A stretch of 64,000 nt of DNA, taken from the NCBI GenBank assembly GCA_033855115.1, contig JAWVGJ010000075.1, positions 751 to 64,750 on the forward strand, read 5' to 3'. Numbering within the stretch: the stretch's first letter is position 1; every line of letters starts with the position of its first letter. Made by a program: the position numbers and the translations under genes. Positions 39,524 to 50,053 of this stretch are shown here, in pieces. Source of the stretch: Solirubrobacteraceae bacterium (GTDB taxonomy: Bacteria > Actinomycetota > Thermoleophilia > Solirubrobacterales > Solirubrobacteraceae). The notes below the pieces were generated by a model. The model saw only the letters and a program-made list of their open reading frames with translations. It did no database searches and was not told where the DNA came from.

Positions 39524-40783
39524 TTGGCTGACGAGGCCGACATCCCGTCACCACCGGCGCCCCCTCCCGGCGCGCCGGTCGTCGTCGCGCGCTGGGTCCA
39601 GCTCGTCATGCTGCCGCTCGGCGTGCTCGCGCTCTACGCCCTCGCGCATGCCGCCGGCGTCGTGCTGCTGCTGTTCATCGTCGCGGGCGTGATCGCGTTG
39701 ATCCTCAACCCGCTCGTGAGCCTGCTGCAGCGCGGGCACCTGCCGCGGACGCTGGCCGTCATCGTCGTCTACGCGGCATGCTTCACCGCGCTGCCGCTGC
39801 TCGGCTTCCTGCTCGTAGGTCCGGTGAGCGATCAGGCGACGTCGTTCGCCAACGACGCTCCCGCGCTGATCGACGACGCCAACGCGTCGCTCGACGACGT
39901 CCAGAGGTTCTTCGACGACCACGGCGTCGGCGTGCAGATCAAGGGCCAGAGCGACAGCGCGCTGAGCACGCTGCAGGACCAGCTCGTCAAGGGCTCGGGC
40001 AAGATCGTGTCGATCACCGGGGAGCTGCTGCGACTGCTCGTCGAGCTCTCGTTCTACGTGATCCTCGTCCTCGTCCTGTCGATCTACATGCTGATCTACG
40101 CAACCGATATCGGCAGGCTGGTGCGCACGTCGATGCCTCCGGGGAACGGTACGCGCGACGACGACTATCCGACGCGGGTGCAGCGGGCGGTGTCGGGCTA
40201 CGTCCGCGGACAGCTGCTCTTCAGCGCGATCATGGGCACGAGCGCGGGCCTCGCGTTGTGGATCTTCGGCACGGTGGGGATCTTCCCCGACGGGCGCACG
40301 TACGCCCCGGCCTTCGGGGCGTGGTTCGGGATCATGGAGCTCGTGCCCTACGTCGGGCCGTTTCTCGGCGCGCTGCCGCCGATCATCGTCGCCCTCGTCC
40401 AGGATCCGCTGACGGCGGTCTGGGTGGCGTTGCTGTTCATCGCGTTGCAGCAGCTCGAGGGCCACGTCGTCGCGCCGAACGTGTTCGGGCATGCGCTGCG
40501 GTTGAACCCGCTGCTCGTGATCTTCGCGTTGCTGCTGGGCGGAGAGGTCTATGGCCTCATCGGCGCCCTCGTCGCGCTGCCGATCGCGGCGGTGCTGCGC
40601 GAGACCGTCGTCTACCTGAACCGGCACCTCGTGTTCGAGCCGTGGGGCACGGCCTCGCCGCTGACGCTCGGGTCGCCTCTGGAGCCCGGGCGGCCGCCGG
40701 CGCCCACGGCCGCGCCTGCGCCTGCGCCTGCGTCGGATGAGCCCGAGCCGGGGCCCGAGCCCGTCAAGCAGCTGCGCGGCTGA
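39524..40783 (+). CDS. AI-2E family transporter (PerM/UPF0118)
   Basis: Multi-TM protein with ILNPLVSLLQRGHLPRTLAV, GYVRGQLLFSAIMG, MELVPYVGPFLGALPPI, QQLEGHVVAPNVFG. Pro/Ala-rich tail. Confidence 0.85.
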   Translation: MADEADIPSPPAPPPGAPVVVARWVQLVMLPLGVLALYALAHAAGVVLLLFIVAGVIALILNPLVSLLQRGHLPRTLAVIVVYAACFTALPLLGFLLVGPVSDQATSFANDAPALIDDANASLDDVQRFFDDHGVGVQIKGQSDSALSTLQDQLVKGSGKIVSITGELLRLLVELSFYVILVLVLSIYMLIYATDIGRLVRTSMPPGNGTRDDDYPTRVQRAVSGYVRGQLLFSAIMGTSAGLALWIFGTVGIFPDGRTYAPAFGAWFGIMELVPYVGPFLGALPPIIVALVQDPLTAVWVALLFIALQQLEGHVVAPNVFGHALRLNPLLVIFALLLGGEVYGLIGALVALPIAAVLRETVVYLNRHLVFEPWGTASPLTLGSPLEPGRPPAPTAAPAPAPASDEPEPGPEPVKQLRG

Positions 40784-40792
40784 GCCGGGGCG

Positions 40793-41257
40793 CTACGGCG
40801 CCGCGTGGATGTCGTCCACCCAGTACACCTGCTCGGGGTTGGGCTCCACCTCGGGCAGGTCGAGGTTGACGACGACCGGCTCCTGGCCGCTGCGCACGAG
40901 CACGCACGACAGCGGCTCGTCGGGGCTTGCGTTGATCTCCTGATGAGGAACGTAGGGCGGCACGAAGATGAAGTCGCCGGGTCGCGCCTCGGCGACGAAC
41001 TCCAGCCGCTCGCCCCAGCGCATGCGCGCCCTGCCGCTGACGACGTAGATGACGCTCTCGACCGGCCCGTGGTGGTGGGCGCCGGTCTTCGCGTCGGGGT
41101 GGATGTCGACCGTCCCGGCCCAGAGCTTCTCCGCGCCGGCTCGCGCCGAGGTGATCGCGGCGGCGCGATTCATGCCCTCCGTCTGCGGGGTGTTGGGGTC
41201 CAGCTCGTGCGCATGGACGATTCGCACGCCGTTGTCGCGCCAGGATGCGGCCGTCAT
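40793..41257 (-). CDS. cupin-domain protein
   Basis: GAHHHGPVESVIYVVSGRARMRWGE...PGDFIFVPPYVPHQEIN. ATG at 41257 inside track ORF 40793-41443. Confidence 0.8.
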   Translation of the reverse strand: MTAASWRDNGVRIVHAHELDPNTPQTEGMNRAAAITSARAGAEKLWAGTVDIHPDAKTGAHHHGPVESVIYVVSGRARMRWGERLEFVAEARPGDFIFVPPYVPHQEINASPDEPLSCVLVRSGQEPVVVNLDLPEVEPNPEQVYWVDDIHAAP

Positions 41258-41296
41258 GGACGTGAGTATGCGCACATAACCCGCTCTCAGGCGCTG

Positions 41297-42291
<995 letters not shown>

Positions 42292-42301
<10 letters not shown>

Positions 42302-43362
42302 CCCCGAAACTCCGCTCGCGCAAAGGCGGCAGCGCCGTCGCGCTGGACGACCTCGACCGCCGCGTCCTGAACCTGATGCAGGGCAGCTTCCCGCTGGACC
42401 TGCGTCCGTACGCCAGCGTTGCGGCGGCCGCCGAGGTCACCGAGGGCGAGATCCTCGCGCGCGTCCAGCGCCTGCTCGACGAGCGCATCATCCGCCAGGT
42501 CACCCCGATCTACGACACGCGCGCGCTCGGCTACGGCTCGATGCTCGTCGCCGCAAAGGTCGATGCCGAGCACCCCTGGCGTGCGGCGAAGATCGTCAAC
42601 TCCCACCCCGGCGTGAGCCACAACTACCTGCGCAACCACGAGTTCAACATGTGGTTCACGATCGCTGTCGAGGAGGAGTCGAAGCTCGGGTTGCAGGGCA
42701 CGCTCGACGTCCTGCAGGAGCTCACAGGCGCGCAGTCGATCCGCCAGCTGCCGACGCTCAAGCTCTTTAAGATCCGCATGGACCTCGAGATGGAGGCCAG
42801 TACCGACACGCTCGCCACCGAGGGCATCGCCGAAACGCCCGTCGACCTCGACGGCGTCGCGTATGACGAGCTCGACAAGCAGGTCATCCGCGCGACGCAG
42901 GGCGACCTGCCGGTCATCCCCGAGCCGTACGCGCCGGCCGCCGCGGAGCTCGGCATGACGCCGCCGGCGCTGCTGGAGCATCTCGCCGGTATGAAGGAGC
43001 GCGGCATCCTGCGCCGCGTCGCCGCGATCCTCTACCACCGGCGGGCGGGATTCTCCGCCAACGGCATGGGCGTGTGGAAGGTCCCGGACGAGCAGATCTC
43101 CGAGCTCGGCCCCCGCATGGCCTCCTTCCGCGGCATCTCGCACTGCTACCAGCGCCCGACCTACGAGGACTGGCCCTATTCCGTCTTCACGATGGCCCAC
43201 GGGCGCTCCAAGGACGAGTGCGATGCCATCCTCGACGCGATCGCGGCGGAGTTTCAGATCAGCGAGCGCGCCACGCTGTACTCCTCGACCGAGTTCAAGA
43301 AGGTCCGTCTCCTGTACTTCACGGACGACTTCAAGAACTGGGAGCGGGAGTACGGCGCGTAA
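42292..43362 (+). CDS. fused siroheme decarboxylase-like protein (AhbA/AhbB or NirDL/NirGH type, two Lrp/AsnC-like halves)
   Basis: Half 1: LDRRVLNLMQGSFPLDLRPY...PGVSHNYLRNHEFNMWFT. Half 2: LDKQVIRATQGDLPVIPEPY...RGISHCYQRPTYEDWPYSVFTM. ATG at 42292 overlaps the hemB end by 10 nt. Confidence 0.75.
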
Positions 43363-43377
43363 GGTCACGCGCCGCGG

Positions 43378-44676
43378 ATGGCCGTCTCCCTTCGTGACGC
43401 GCGTTCGATCGAGCTCTACGACCGCGCGCTGAACTACCTGCCCGGCGGCGTCAACTCACCGGTCCGCGCGATGCGCTCGATCGGCCGCGCGCCGATCTTC
43501 GTGCAACGCGCCGAGGGTGCCGAGCTCGTCGACGTCGACAACAACCGCTACGTCGACTGGGTCTGCTCGTGGGGCCCGCTGATCCACGGGCACGCCCATC
43601 CCGCGATCGTCGAGGCCGTCACGCGCGCCGCGCGGGCCGGCACGAGCTTCGGTGCGCCGACCGCCGCCGAGGTCGAACTCGCCGAGGAGGTCAGCCGCCG
43701 CGTGCCCGGCGTGGAGATGCTGCGCATGACCTCGTCCGGCACGGAGGCGTCGATGAGCGCGATCCGCCTCGCGCGCGCGGCCACCGGGCGGACGCGGATC
43801 CTGAAGTTCGCGGGCGCCTACCACGGCCACGTCGACGGGCTGCTCGCCGAGGCCGGCAGCGGCCTTGCGACGCAGGGCATCCCGTCGAGCCCGGGCGTCC
43901 TCGACGCCGTCGCGGCGCAGACGATCGTCATCCCCTTCAACGACCCGGATGCGCTGCGCGAGGCGACCGAGCGCCACGAGCTCGCGGCGATCCTCGCCGA
44001 GCCCTACCCGGCGAACATGGGCCTCGTGCCGCCGGCCGAGGGCTTCCTGGAGCTGCTGCGCGAGCGCGCCGACGAGACCGGCGCGCTGCTCGTCTTCGAC
44101 GAGGTCATCTCCGGCTTTCGCGTCGCGCCGGGAGGAGCCCAGGAGATCACGGGCGTGATCCCCGACCTGACGGTCATGGGCAAGGTCATCGGCGGCGGGC
44201 TGCCCGCCGCCGCCTACGGCGGGCCGCGCGAGCTCATGCGCCGCATCGCGCCCGCCGGCGACGTCTACCAGGCCGGCACGCTGTCAGGCAACCCGCTTGC
44301 CGTCGCCGCCGGGCTCGCCACGCTCGCGCTGCTCGACGGTGAGCAGCCCTACGTCAAGCTCGCCGCCACGACCACCGCGCTCGCGGAGGGCCTCGCCGCT
44401 GCGGCCGCCTCGGCGGGATATGAGGACATCCAGATCGCGAGCGCGCCCGGCCTGCTGACCGTCTTCTTCAGCGCGCCGCCGGTGACGGACTACGCGCAGG
44501 CGCAGGCCTGCGACCTCGAAGCGTTCGCTGCCTGGTGCCGTGGCCTGCTCGCGCGGGGCGTCTACGCGCCGGCGTCGCAGTTCGAGGCCTGGTTTCCGTC
44601 GCTCGCCCACACGCCGGAGCACATCGAGCGCACCGTGACCGCGGCCGCGGCGGCATTCGCGGAGATCCCCAGGTGA
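43378..44676 (+). CDS. hemL: glutamate-1-semialdehyde 2,1-aminomutase
   Basis: LPGGVNSPVRA...DWVCSWGPLIHGH...MTSSGTEASMSAIRLAR...FDEVISGFR...GKVIGGGLPAAAYGG...YQAGTLSGNPLA. Confidence 0.95.
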   Translation: MAVSLRDARSIELYDRALNYLPGGVNSPVRAMRSIGRAPIFVQRAEGAELVDVDNNRYVDWVCSWGPLIHGHAHPAIVEAVTRAARAGTSFGAPTAAEVELAEEVSRRVPGVEMLRMTSSGTEASMSAIRLARAATGRTRILKFAGAYHGHVDGLLAEAGSGLATQGIPSSPGVLDAVAAQTIVIPFNDPDALREATERHELAAILAEPYPANMGLVPPAEGFLELLRERADETGALLVFDEVISGFRVAPGGAQEITGVIPDLTVMGKVIGGGLPAAAYGGPRELMRRIAPAGDVYQAGTLSGNPLAVAAGLATLALLDGEQPYVKLAATTTALAEGLAAAAASAGYEDIQIASAPGLLTVFFSAPPVTDYAQAQACDLEAFAAWCRGLLARGVYAPASQFEAWFPSLAHTPEHIERTVTAAAAAFAEIPR

Positions 44677-45221
44677 TCGCGCTCGATCCGATCAGCCGTC
44701 TGCGCGCCGCGGTGCGGGAGTCCAGAAGCCCGCTCGCAAGCTCACTCGGCGGCACAGCTCCCGTGACCGAGGACACGGGCGCGTTCGACCCCGCCGGCCT
44801 GGCGGCCAGAGGACCGCGCGCCAGCTCGCACCCCGAGGAGATCGAGCTCGCGGTCGCCGCCGTCCACGAGGGCTACTCGCTGCACTACGGCCACCCGCGC
44901 GCGATGGCGATCGACGACCCCGACCTTGCGCTGCTCGCCGGCGACCGCCTGTATGCGCTGGGCCTCGAGCGTCTGGCGGTGATCGGCGATCTCGCCGCGA
45001 TCACCGAGCTTGCCGACGTCATCGCGCTCAGCGCGCAGGCGCACGCCGCGCAGGACGACGAGCTCGCGCATGCCGCTTGGCAGGCCGGAGCGGTGAGCGT
45101 CGGATGGGGTGCGGACTCCGGCGTCGACGCAGCGAAGGTCCGCGCCCGTGCGGGCGATTCGGAGGCCGCACCGGCGCTGCGGGCCGCGGCGCTGCGGGTT
45201 CGCCGGGACGCTGGACATTGA
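44673..45221 (+). CDS. hypothetical protein, translationally coupled to hemL; weak polyprenyl-synthase-like helices without Asp-rich motifs
   Basis: GTG at 44673 (GTGA overlap with the hemL stop). ELAVAAVHEGYSLHYG...DLALLAGDRLYALGLERLAVIGD loosely parallels VELVHSATLVHDD...AIATGDLLFSRAF of the hepT product in this same window. Confidence 0.5.
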   Translation: MIALDPISRLRAAVRESRSPLASSLGGTAPVTEDTGAFDPAGLAARGPRASSHPEEIELAVAAVHEGYSLHYGHPRAMAIDDPDLALLAGDRLYALGLERLAVIGDLAAITELADVIALSAQAHAAQDDELAHAAWQAGAVSVGWGADSGVDAAKVRARAGDSEAAPALRAAALRVRRDAGH

Positions 45222-45298
45222 GACAAGTTTGTAACACGACGCACACTCCGGCATTTGGCGCGCCGCCGCACCGCCGCGGTCGGTAGATTCCACTGCCC

Positions 45299-45976
45299 GT
45301 GCCACCTGAACGCAAGCCCTCGAAGAAGCCCAAGACGACCGTCGAGGCGAAGATCCCCGGCGCCTTCGAGGGTGAGACCGTCACCCGCCGGCGCTTCATG
45401 ACCGGGACGGCGCACACGGCGGGCGCCGTGGCGGCGGCCGCCTTCACGCTCCCCGCGGTCGGCGTCGCCGTGGGACCGATGTTCGAGAAGAAGGAGGAGA
45501 CGTGGGAGGCCGTCGGCCCCGTCGCCGACTTTCCCGACGACACATACATCCCGCGTACGCTCACGATCGAGCCCGGCATCGGCGACGTCGGCAAGACGAC
45601 GGTCTACATCCGCAAGTACAACACGAAGATCGATACCCAGCCCAAGGACGAGTACAACGACTTCATCGCGGTCTCCACGCGCTGCATGCACCTCGGCTGC
45701 CCGGCCCGCTTCGTCGCGGCGTCGTCGCGCTTCATCTGCCCCTGCCACGGCGGCGTCTACGACTTCCAGGGCAAGGTCGCCGGTGGTCCACCGGTGCGCC
45801 CGCTCGACCGCTTCTACACGCGCGTACGCAACGGCCTCGTCGAGGTCGGCCCCCGCTTCAGCCTGAACTCCGAGCTGCAGCGCTTCTCACCGCGCGACCC
45901 CGGCCAGCCGCTGGACGGCATCGGCCAGTACGTCTATCCCGCCCGCCCGTCGGCGCGCAAGCTCCCGGGAACGTAG
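45299..45976 (+). CDS. qcrA: Rieske [2Fe-2S] subunit of menaquinol-cytochrome c reductase
   Basis: Tat-type signal TRRRFMTGTAHTAGAVAAAAF. Rieske boxes CMHLGC and CPCHGG. Confidence 0.9.
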   Translation: MPPERKPSKKPKTTVEAKIPGAFEGETVTRRRFMTGTAHTAGAVAAAAFTLPAVGVAVGPMFEKKEETWEAVGPVADFPDDTYIPRTLTIEPGIGDVGKTTVYIRKYNTKIDTQPKDEYNDFIAVSTRCMHLGCPARFVAASSRFICPCHGGVYDFQGKVAGGPPVRPLDRFYTRVRNGLVEVGPRFSLNSELQRFSPRDPGQPLDGIGQYVYPARPSARKLPGT

Positions 45977-45986
45977 TGCACTAGGC

Positions 45987-46793
45987 ATGGCCAAGCTCCC
46001 GATCCCCGCAGGCCTGCGACCGCGACCCAAGCCGCCCAGCGAAGGCAACGGCAGCGCCAACGGTGCGCCGCCGACGGTCAAGACGAAGGCCGCCGACGTC
46101 GGCATCTCGGCCGTCGACTGGCTCGACGAGCGCACGTCGCTGTCGGCCGGCGCGCGCTGGCTGATGTTCCGCAAGATCCCCAAGGGGACCAACTGGTTCT
46201 ACACGCTTGGCTCGGCCTCGATGTTCGCGTTCCTGTCGCAGGCGGTCACCGGCGTCTTTCTGGCGATGTACTACGACCCTTCGGCGACGCGCGCGTACGA
46301 ATCGATGCGCCACCTCACCAACGAGGTCTTCCTCGGTGAGTTCGTGCGCGGCATGCACAAGTGGGGATCGACCGTCATGGTGATCCTCGTCTTCTTACAC
46401 ATGGCGCGGACGTTCTTCTTCGGCGCCTACAAGTATCCGCGCGAGCTGAACTGGGTCATCGGCGTCGTGCTCTTGATCCTGACGCTCTTTATGTCGTTCA
46501 CCGGCTACCTGCTGCCGTTCGACCAGCGCTCGTTCTGGGCGACGACCGTCGGCGTCGCGATCAACGGCACCGGTCCGCTCGTCGGCCCCTACCTCAACGA
46601 CTTCCTGCGCGGCGGGCCCGAGTTCGGCGTGACGACGCTGTCGCGCTTCTATGCGCTGCACATGCTCGTCCTGCCCGCTCTGATCGGCGCGATGATCGGA
46701 GCGCACCTGTATCTCGTCGCCCGCCTGGGGACCACGGCGCCACCGTGGATGAAGGCTGAGATCGCTCCCGACCTGCGCAAGGACGAGTCATGA
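45987..46793 (+). CDS. qcrB: cytochrome b6-type subunit (N-terminal four-helix cytochrome b)
   Basis: NWFYTLGS, GVFLAMYY, RGMHKWGSTVMVILVFLHMARTFFFGAYKYPRELNW, TGYLLPFDQRSFWAT, FYALHMLVLP (heme-ligand His pattern). Confidence 0.9.
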   Translation: MAKLPIPAGLRPRPKPPSEGNGSANGAPPTVKTKAADVGISAVDWLDERTSLSAGARWLMFRKIPKGTNWFYTLGSASMFAFLSQAVTGVFLAMYYDPSATRAYESMRHLTNEVFLGEFVRGMHKWGSTVMVILVFLHMARTFFFGAYKYPRELNWVIGVVLLILTLFMSFTGYLLPFDQRSFWATTVGVAINGTGPLVGPYLNDFLRGGPEFGVTTLSRFYALHMLVLPALIGAMIGAHLYLVARLGTTAPPWMKAEIAPDLRKDES

Positions 46794-47533
46794 ACCAGCG
46801 CGAGAAGGAGGCCTACCTTCGCGAGTACGCGATCCTGAAATCGCAGGGCAAGCCGTTTTTCCCCTACGCGGTCGCCAAGGACTCGCTGATGGCCGTCGTC
46901 GTCATGGCGTCGATCATCGGGATGTCGCTCGTCCTCGGCGCCGAGCTCGGCCCGAAGGTCGACCCGACGACGACGACCTACACGCCGCGTCCGGAGTGGT
47001 ACTTCTTCTTCCTCTTCGAGGTGCTGCGGGTCATCAAGCCGTCGTCGCTCACGCCGCTGGCAGCGATCGGAGTGCCGACGATCTGCATGATCCTGTTGTT
47101 TCTGCTGCCGTTCTATGACCGCAGCCCCGAGCGACGGCCCGAGCGCCGCCCGATCGCGATGGCCGCCGCGCTGTTCACGATCGCCGCGATGGCCTTCCTC
47201 ACCTACGAGGGCGCCAACGCCGGCTCGCCGAACCAGATCGACCTGCCCACCCCGCCCAGCGTTCTCGCAGCGGGCGGCCAGACGGCGCGCACCTTCGAGG
47301 CCGGCAGGCAGGTCGTCGCACAGTCGGGCTGCTTGGCCTGCCACAAGATCGGCCACAACGGCGGCACGATCGGACCCGACCTGACGGAGATTGGCAGCCG
47401 CCTGCCGCGCCAGGCGATCCGCCGCACGCTCGTCAACCCGACGAGCCCGATGCCGTCCTATCAGGACCTGCCGCAGGACAAGACCGACGCCCTCGTCGAG
47501 TTCCTCGCGCAGCTGAAGAAGTCGGACTCCTAG
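46790..47533 (+). CDS. qcrC: cytochrome b subunit-IV-like domain fused to a C-terminal mono-heme cytochrome c
   Basis: PFFPYAVAKD...PRPEWYFFFLFEVLR (subunit IV pattern), then CLACHKIGHNGG...PMPSY (CxxCH heme c). ATGA overlap with qcrB. Confidence 0.85.
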   Translation: MNQREKEAYLREYAILKSQGKPFFPYAVAKDSLMAVVVMASIIGMSLVLGAELGPKVDPTTTTYTPRPEWYFFFLFEVLRVIKPSSLTPLAAIGVPTICMILLFLLPFYDRSPERRPERRPIAMAAALFTIAAMAFLTYEGANAGSPNQIDLPTPPSVLAAGGQTARTFEAGRQVVAQSGCLACHKIGHNGGTIGPDLTEIGSRLPRQAIRRTLVNPTSPMPSYQDLPQDKTDALVEFLAQLKKSDS

Positions 47534-47555
47534 GACCGCCGCCAGCCGGCGCGAG

Positions 47556-48272
47556 ATGAACGCGACCGACAGAGGGACGATGCAGGAGCCGCAGGTGCGG
47601 GCGATGTTCGACCGCATCTCGGGCTGCTACGACGTCATGAACTCGGTGATGACGGCGGGCCTGCACCACGCATGGCGCCGCCGCGCCGCCGATCTTGCCG
47701 CCGTCGGCCCCGGCGATCGCGTGCTCGACGTCGCGACCGGCACGGGCGACCTCGCGCTTGAGCTCGCCGGTCGCGTTGGCCCCGGCGGCGAGGTGATCGG
47801 CTCGGACTTCTCCGAGGAGATGCTGGCCCGCGCGCGCGTCAAGGCGCCGGGCGCACCAGCGCCGATCACCTTCGAATGGGCCAACGCGCTCCAGCTGCCC
47901 TATGGCGACGGCGAGTTCGCCGCTGCCACGGTCGGCTTTGGCGCGCGCAACTTCTCCGACCTCGACCGCGGACTGGCCGAGATGACGCGCGTCGTGCGAC
48001 CTGGCGGCCACGTCGTCGTGCTGGAGATCACGACGCCGACGCGGCCGCCCTTATCGACGTTCTACCGCCTGTGGTTCGACGGGGTCGTCCCGGTGATCGG
48101 CCGCCTCGCCGGTGACCCGGAGGCCTACAGCTATCTGCCCAACTCCGTCAAGCGCTTTCCCGGCCCGCACGAGCTCGCCGCGCGGATGGACCGTTGCGGC
48201 CTGGACGTCCGCTACATCCTGACCGCGGGAGGCATCATCGCGCTGCACGTGGGCGCGCGGCGGGCGCGGTGA
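47556..48272 (+). CDS. menG: demethylmenaquinone methyltransferase (UbiE/MenG)
   Basis: VRAMFDRISGCYDVMNSVMTAGLHHAWRR, VLDVATGTGD, FGARNF, VVLEITTP, YSYLPNSVKRFP. The ATG at 47580 is an alternative start. Confidence 0.92.
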   Translation: MNATDRGTMQEPQVRAMFDRISGCYDVMNSVMTAGLHHAWRRRAADLAAVGPGDRVLDVATGTGDLALELAGRVGPGGEVIGSDFSEEMLARARVKAPGAPAPITFEWANALQLPYGDGEFAAATVGFGARNFSDLDRGLAEMTRVVRPGGHVVVLEITTPTRPPLSTFYRLWFDGVVPVIGRLAGDPEAYSYLPNSVKRFPGPHELAARMDRCGLDVRYILTAGGIIALHVGARRAR

Positions 48273-49258
48273 CGAGCCTCGCCGCCAGCGTCGAGGCGAT
48301 CGTGCAGGCCGCGGGACCGCACATCCCGCTCCTGCTCGCGCGTGTCGAGGAGCGCCTCGGCGAGCTCGCGGCGGGCCATGGCCCCGTCCTCGCCGAGCAC
48401 GCGGGGGAGACGATCGCGGCCGGCGGCAAGCGCCTGCGCCCGCTGCTGGTACTGCTCGCGGCCGGCCCGGCCGCTGCCCGGGAGTCTGACCTCGTCGCGG
48501 CCGCGGCGGCGGTCGAGCTCGTCCATTCGGCGACGCTCGTCCACGACGACGTCCTCGACGCGGCGCAGCTGCGCCGCGGTCTGCCGACCGTGTGGGCCCA
48601 CGGCGGGCGTGGGCTGGCGATCGCCACGGGCGACCTGCTCTTCTCGCGCGCGTTCTCCGAGCTGGCCGCGACCGGCTCGCTGGGGGCCGTGCGGGCCCTG
48701 TCGCGCGCCGGCTCCGCGCTGGCCGAGGGCGAGCTGCTCCAGCGCGAGGACGCCTGGAATGCCGATGTCCCCGTCATGCGCTACCTCTACCGCTGCGAGC
48801 TGAAGACCGCCCGCCTGTTCGAGGCGGCGTGCGAGCTCGGCGCGCTGGCCGCATCGGCGCCCGCCGCGACGGTGTCGTCGCTGGCAGCCTTCGGCCGCGG
48901 GATCGGCCTGGCCTTCCAGCTGCTCGACGACGTCCTCGACGTGTCGGCGCCCTCGTCGAGCACCGGCAAGCAGCGGGGTGCGGATCTGCTGGACGGGACG
49001 GTGACGTTGCCGCTGATTCTCGCGCGCGAGCGCGACGCCACGCTGGCCGCGATGGACCTGCGCGAGATCGACGGTGCCGAGCGCGCCGCGGAGGTCTGCG
49101 AGCGCATCGAGGCGACCGGCGCCCTGGCCGATGCCACGGCGCGTGCGATCGCGATCGTCGCCGAGGCCAAGGCCGAGGTGGCTTCGGTTGCGCTCGAGGA
49201 TGGGCAGCGGCTCGCGCTGGACCTCGTCGCCGATTCGGTCGTCGACCGGAAGAACTAG
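48269..49258 (+). CDS. hepT: long-chain trans-polyprenyl diphosphate synthase (heptaprenyl/HepT-like)
   Basis: GGKRLRPLLVLL, first Asp-rich motif LVHDDVLD, GDLLFSRAF, second Asp-rich motif FQLLDDVLD, GKQRGADLLDG. GTGA overlap with menG. Confidence 0.9.
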   Translation: MTSLAASVEAIVQAAGPHIPLLLARVEERLGELAAGHGPVLAEHAGETIAAGGKRLRPLLVLLAAGPAAARESDLVAAAAAVELVHSATLVHDDVLDAAQLRRGLPTVWAHGGRGLAIATGDLLFSRAFSELAATGSLGAVRALSRAGSALAEGELLQREDAWNADVPVMRYLYRCELKTARLFEAACELGALAASAPAATVSSLAAFGRGIGLAFQLLDDVLDVSAPSSSTGKQRGADLLDGTVTLPLILARERDATLAAMDLREIDGAERAAEVCERIEATGALADATARAIAIVAEAKAEVASVALEDGQRLALDLVADSVVDRKN

Positions 49259-49662
49259 AAGTCTTCGGGCATCACGTGCCCGCCGCTGAGCGCGTGGATG
49301 AAGCGCTCGACGTCGTCTTCCATATTCGCCCGCGTAAGCTGGCGCAGGTCCGAGACGAGCGCCTCGGTGCCGCGGTCCAGGACCTCGTCGAAGCGCTGGA
49401 TCGCGTCTTCCTCGAACACCCCGGTGACGGTCCATTCGCAGTTGGGACAGCGCAGGCTGACCTCCCAGCGGGAGCGGTCGGCCTCTTCCCAAGCCACGGG
49501 ATAAACGAGCTTGGAGCGGCATTCGGGGCACACATGCAGGTCCGTCTGCGCCGGGGTGAGATCCTCGAAGGAGATGACCTCGATCGTCTTGCCGGAGGGC
49601 AGGACCACCTTGCGGACGTACTGGTTGTGATCCGGAGCGGGGCTATGTTCGAACTCCTGCAT
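49255..49662 (-). CDS. small zinc-ribbon protein of unknown function
   Basis: ATG at 49662 (MQEFEHS...). CPEC...(21 aa)...CPNC four-Cys pattern followed by a helical tail. The rest of track ORF 49255-50076 looks like non-coding read-through. Confidence 0.55.
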   Translation of the reverse strand: MQEFEHSPAPDHNQYVRKVVLPSGKTIEVISFEDLTPAQTDLHVCPECRSKLVYPVAWEEADRSRWEVSLRCPNCEWTVTGVFEEDAIQRFDEVLDRGTEALVSDLRQLTRANMEDDVERFIHALSGGHVMPEDF

Positions 49663-49774
49663 GACCCACTCATCGGCATACGACGGCGGAACTTGAACGT
49701 TCTCCCCACGTGTCCATTTCCGGTCCAGACGGTGGTGCCGCGATACCCTTTTTGCAACAACCCGAGGAGCCCAC

Positions 49775-50023
49775 ATGCCGTCCGGCATCGGCCTACCTGA
49801 AGTCATCATCGTGCTCGTCATCGCCCTGCTCTTCTTCGGGCCGAAGCGTCTGCCGGATCTCGGCCGCTCGCTCGGAACCGGGCTGCGCGAATTCAAGGAT
49901 TCGATCACCGGCAACTCCAAGGACGACGACGAGCCGTCCGAGATCGCAGCGGCGGGCGCCGATGAGCGCACGAAGCCGAAGCCGGAGCCGCACGACGACG
50001 CCGTAAGCAGCTCGCGCGGCTGA
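49775..50023 (+). CDS. tatA: twin-arginine translocase subunit TatA/E
   Basis: GLPEVIIVLVIALLFFGPKRLPDLGRSLGTGLREFK. Confidence 0.93.
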   Translation: MPSGIGLPEVIIVLVIALLFFGPKRLPDLGRSLGTGLREFKDSITGNSKDDDEPSEIAAAGADERTKPKPEPHDDAVSSSRG

Positions 50024-50053
50024 GCCGCGCGCCGCGACGAGCAACCGCCCGAC

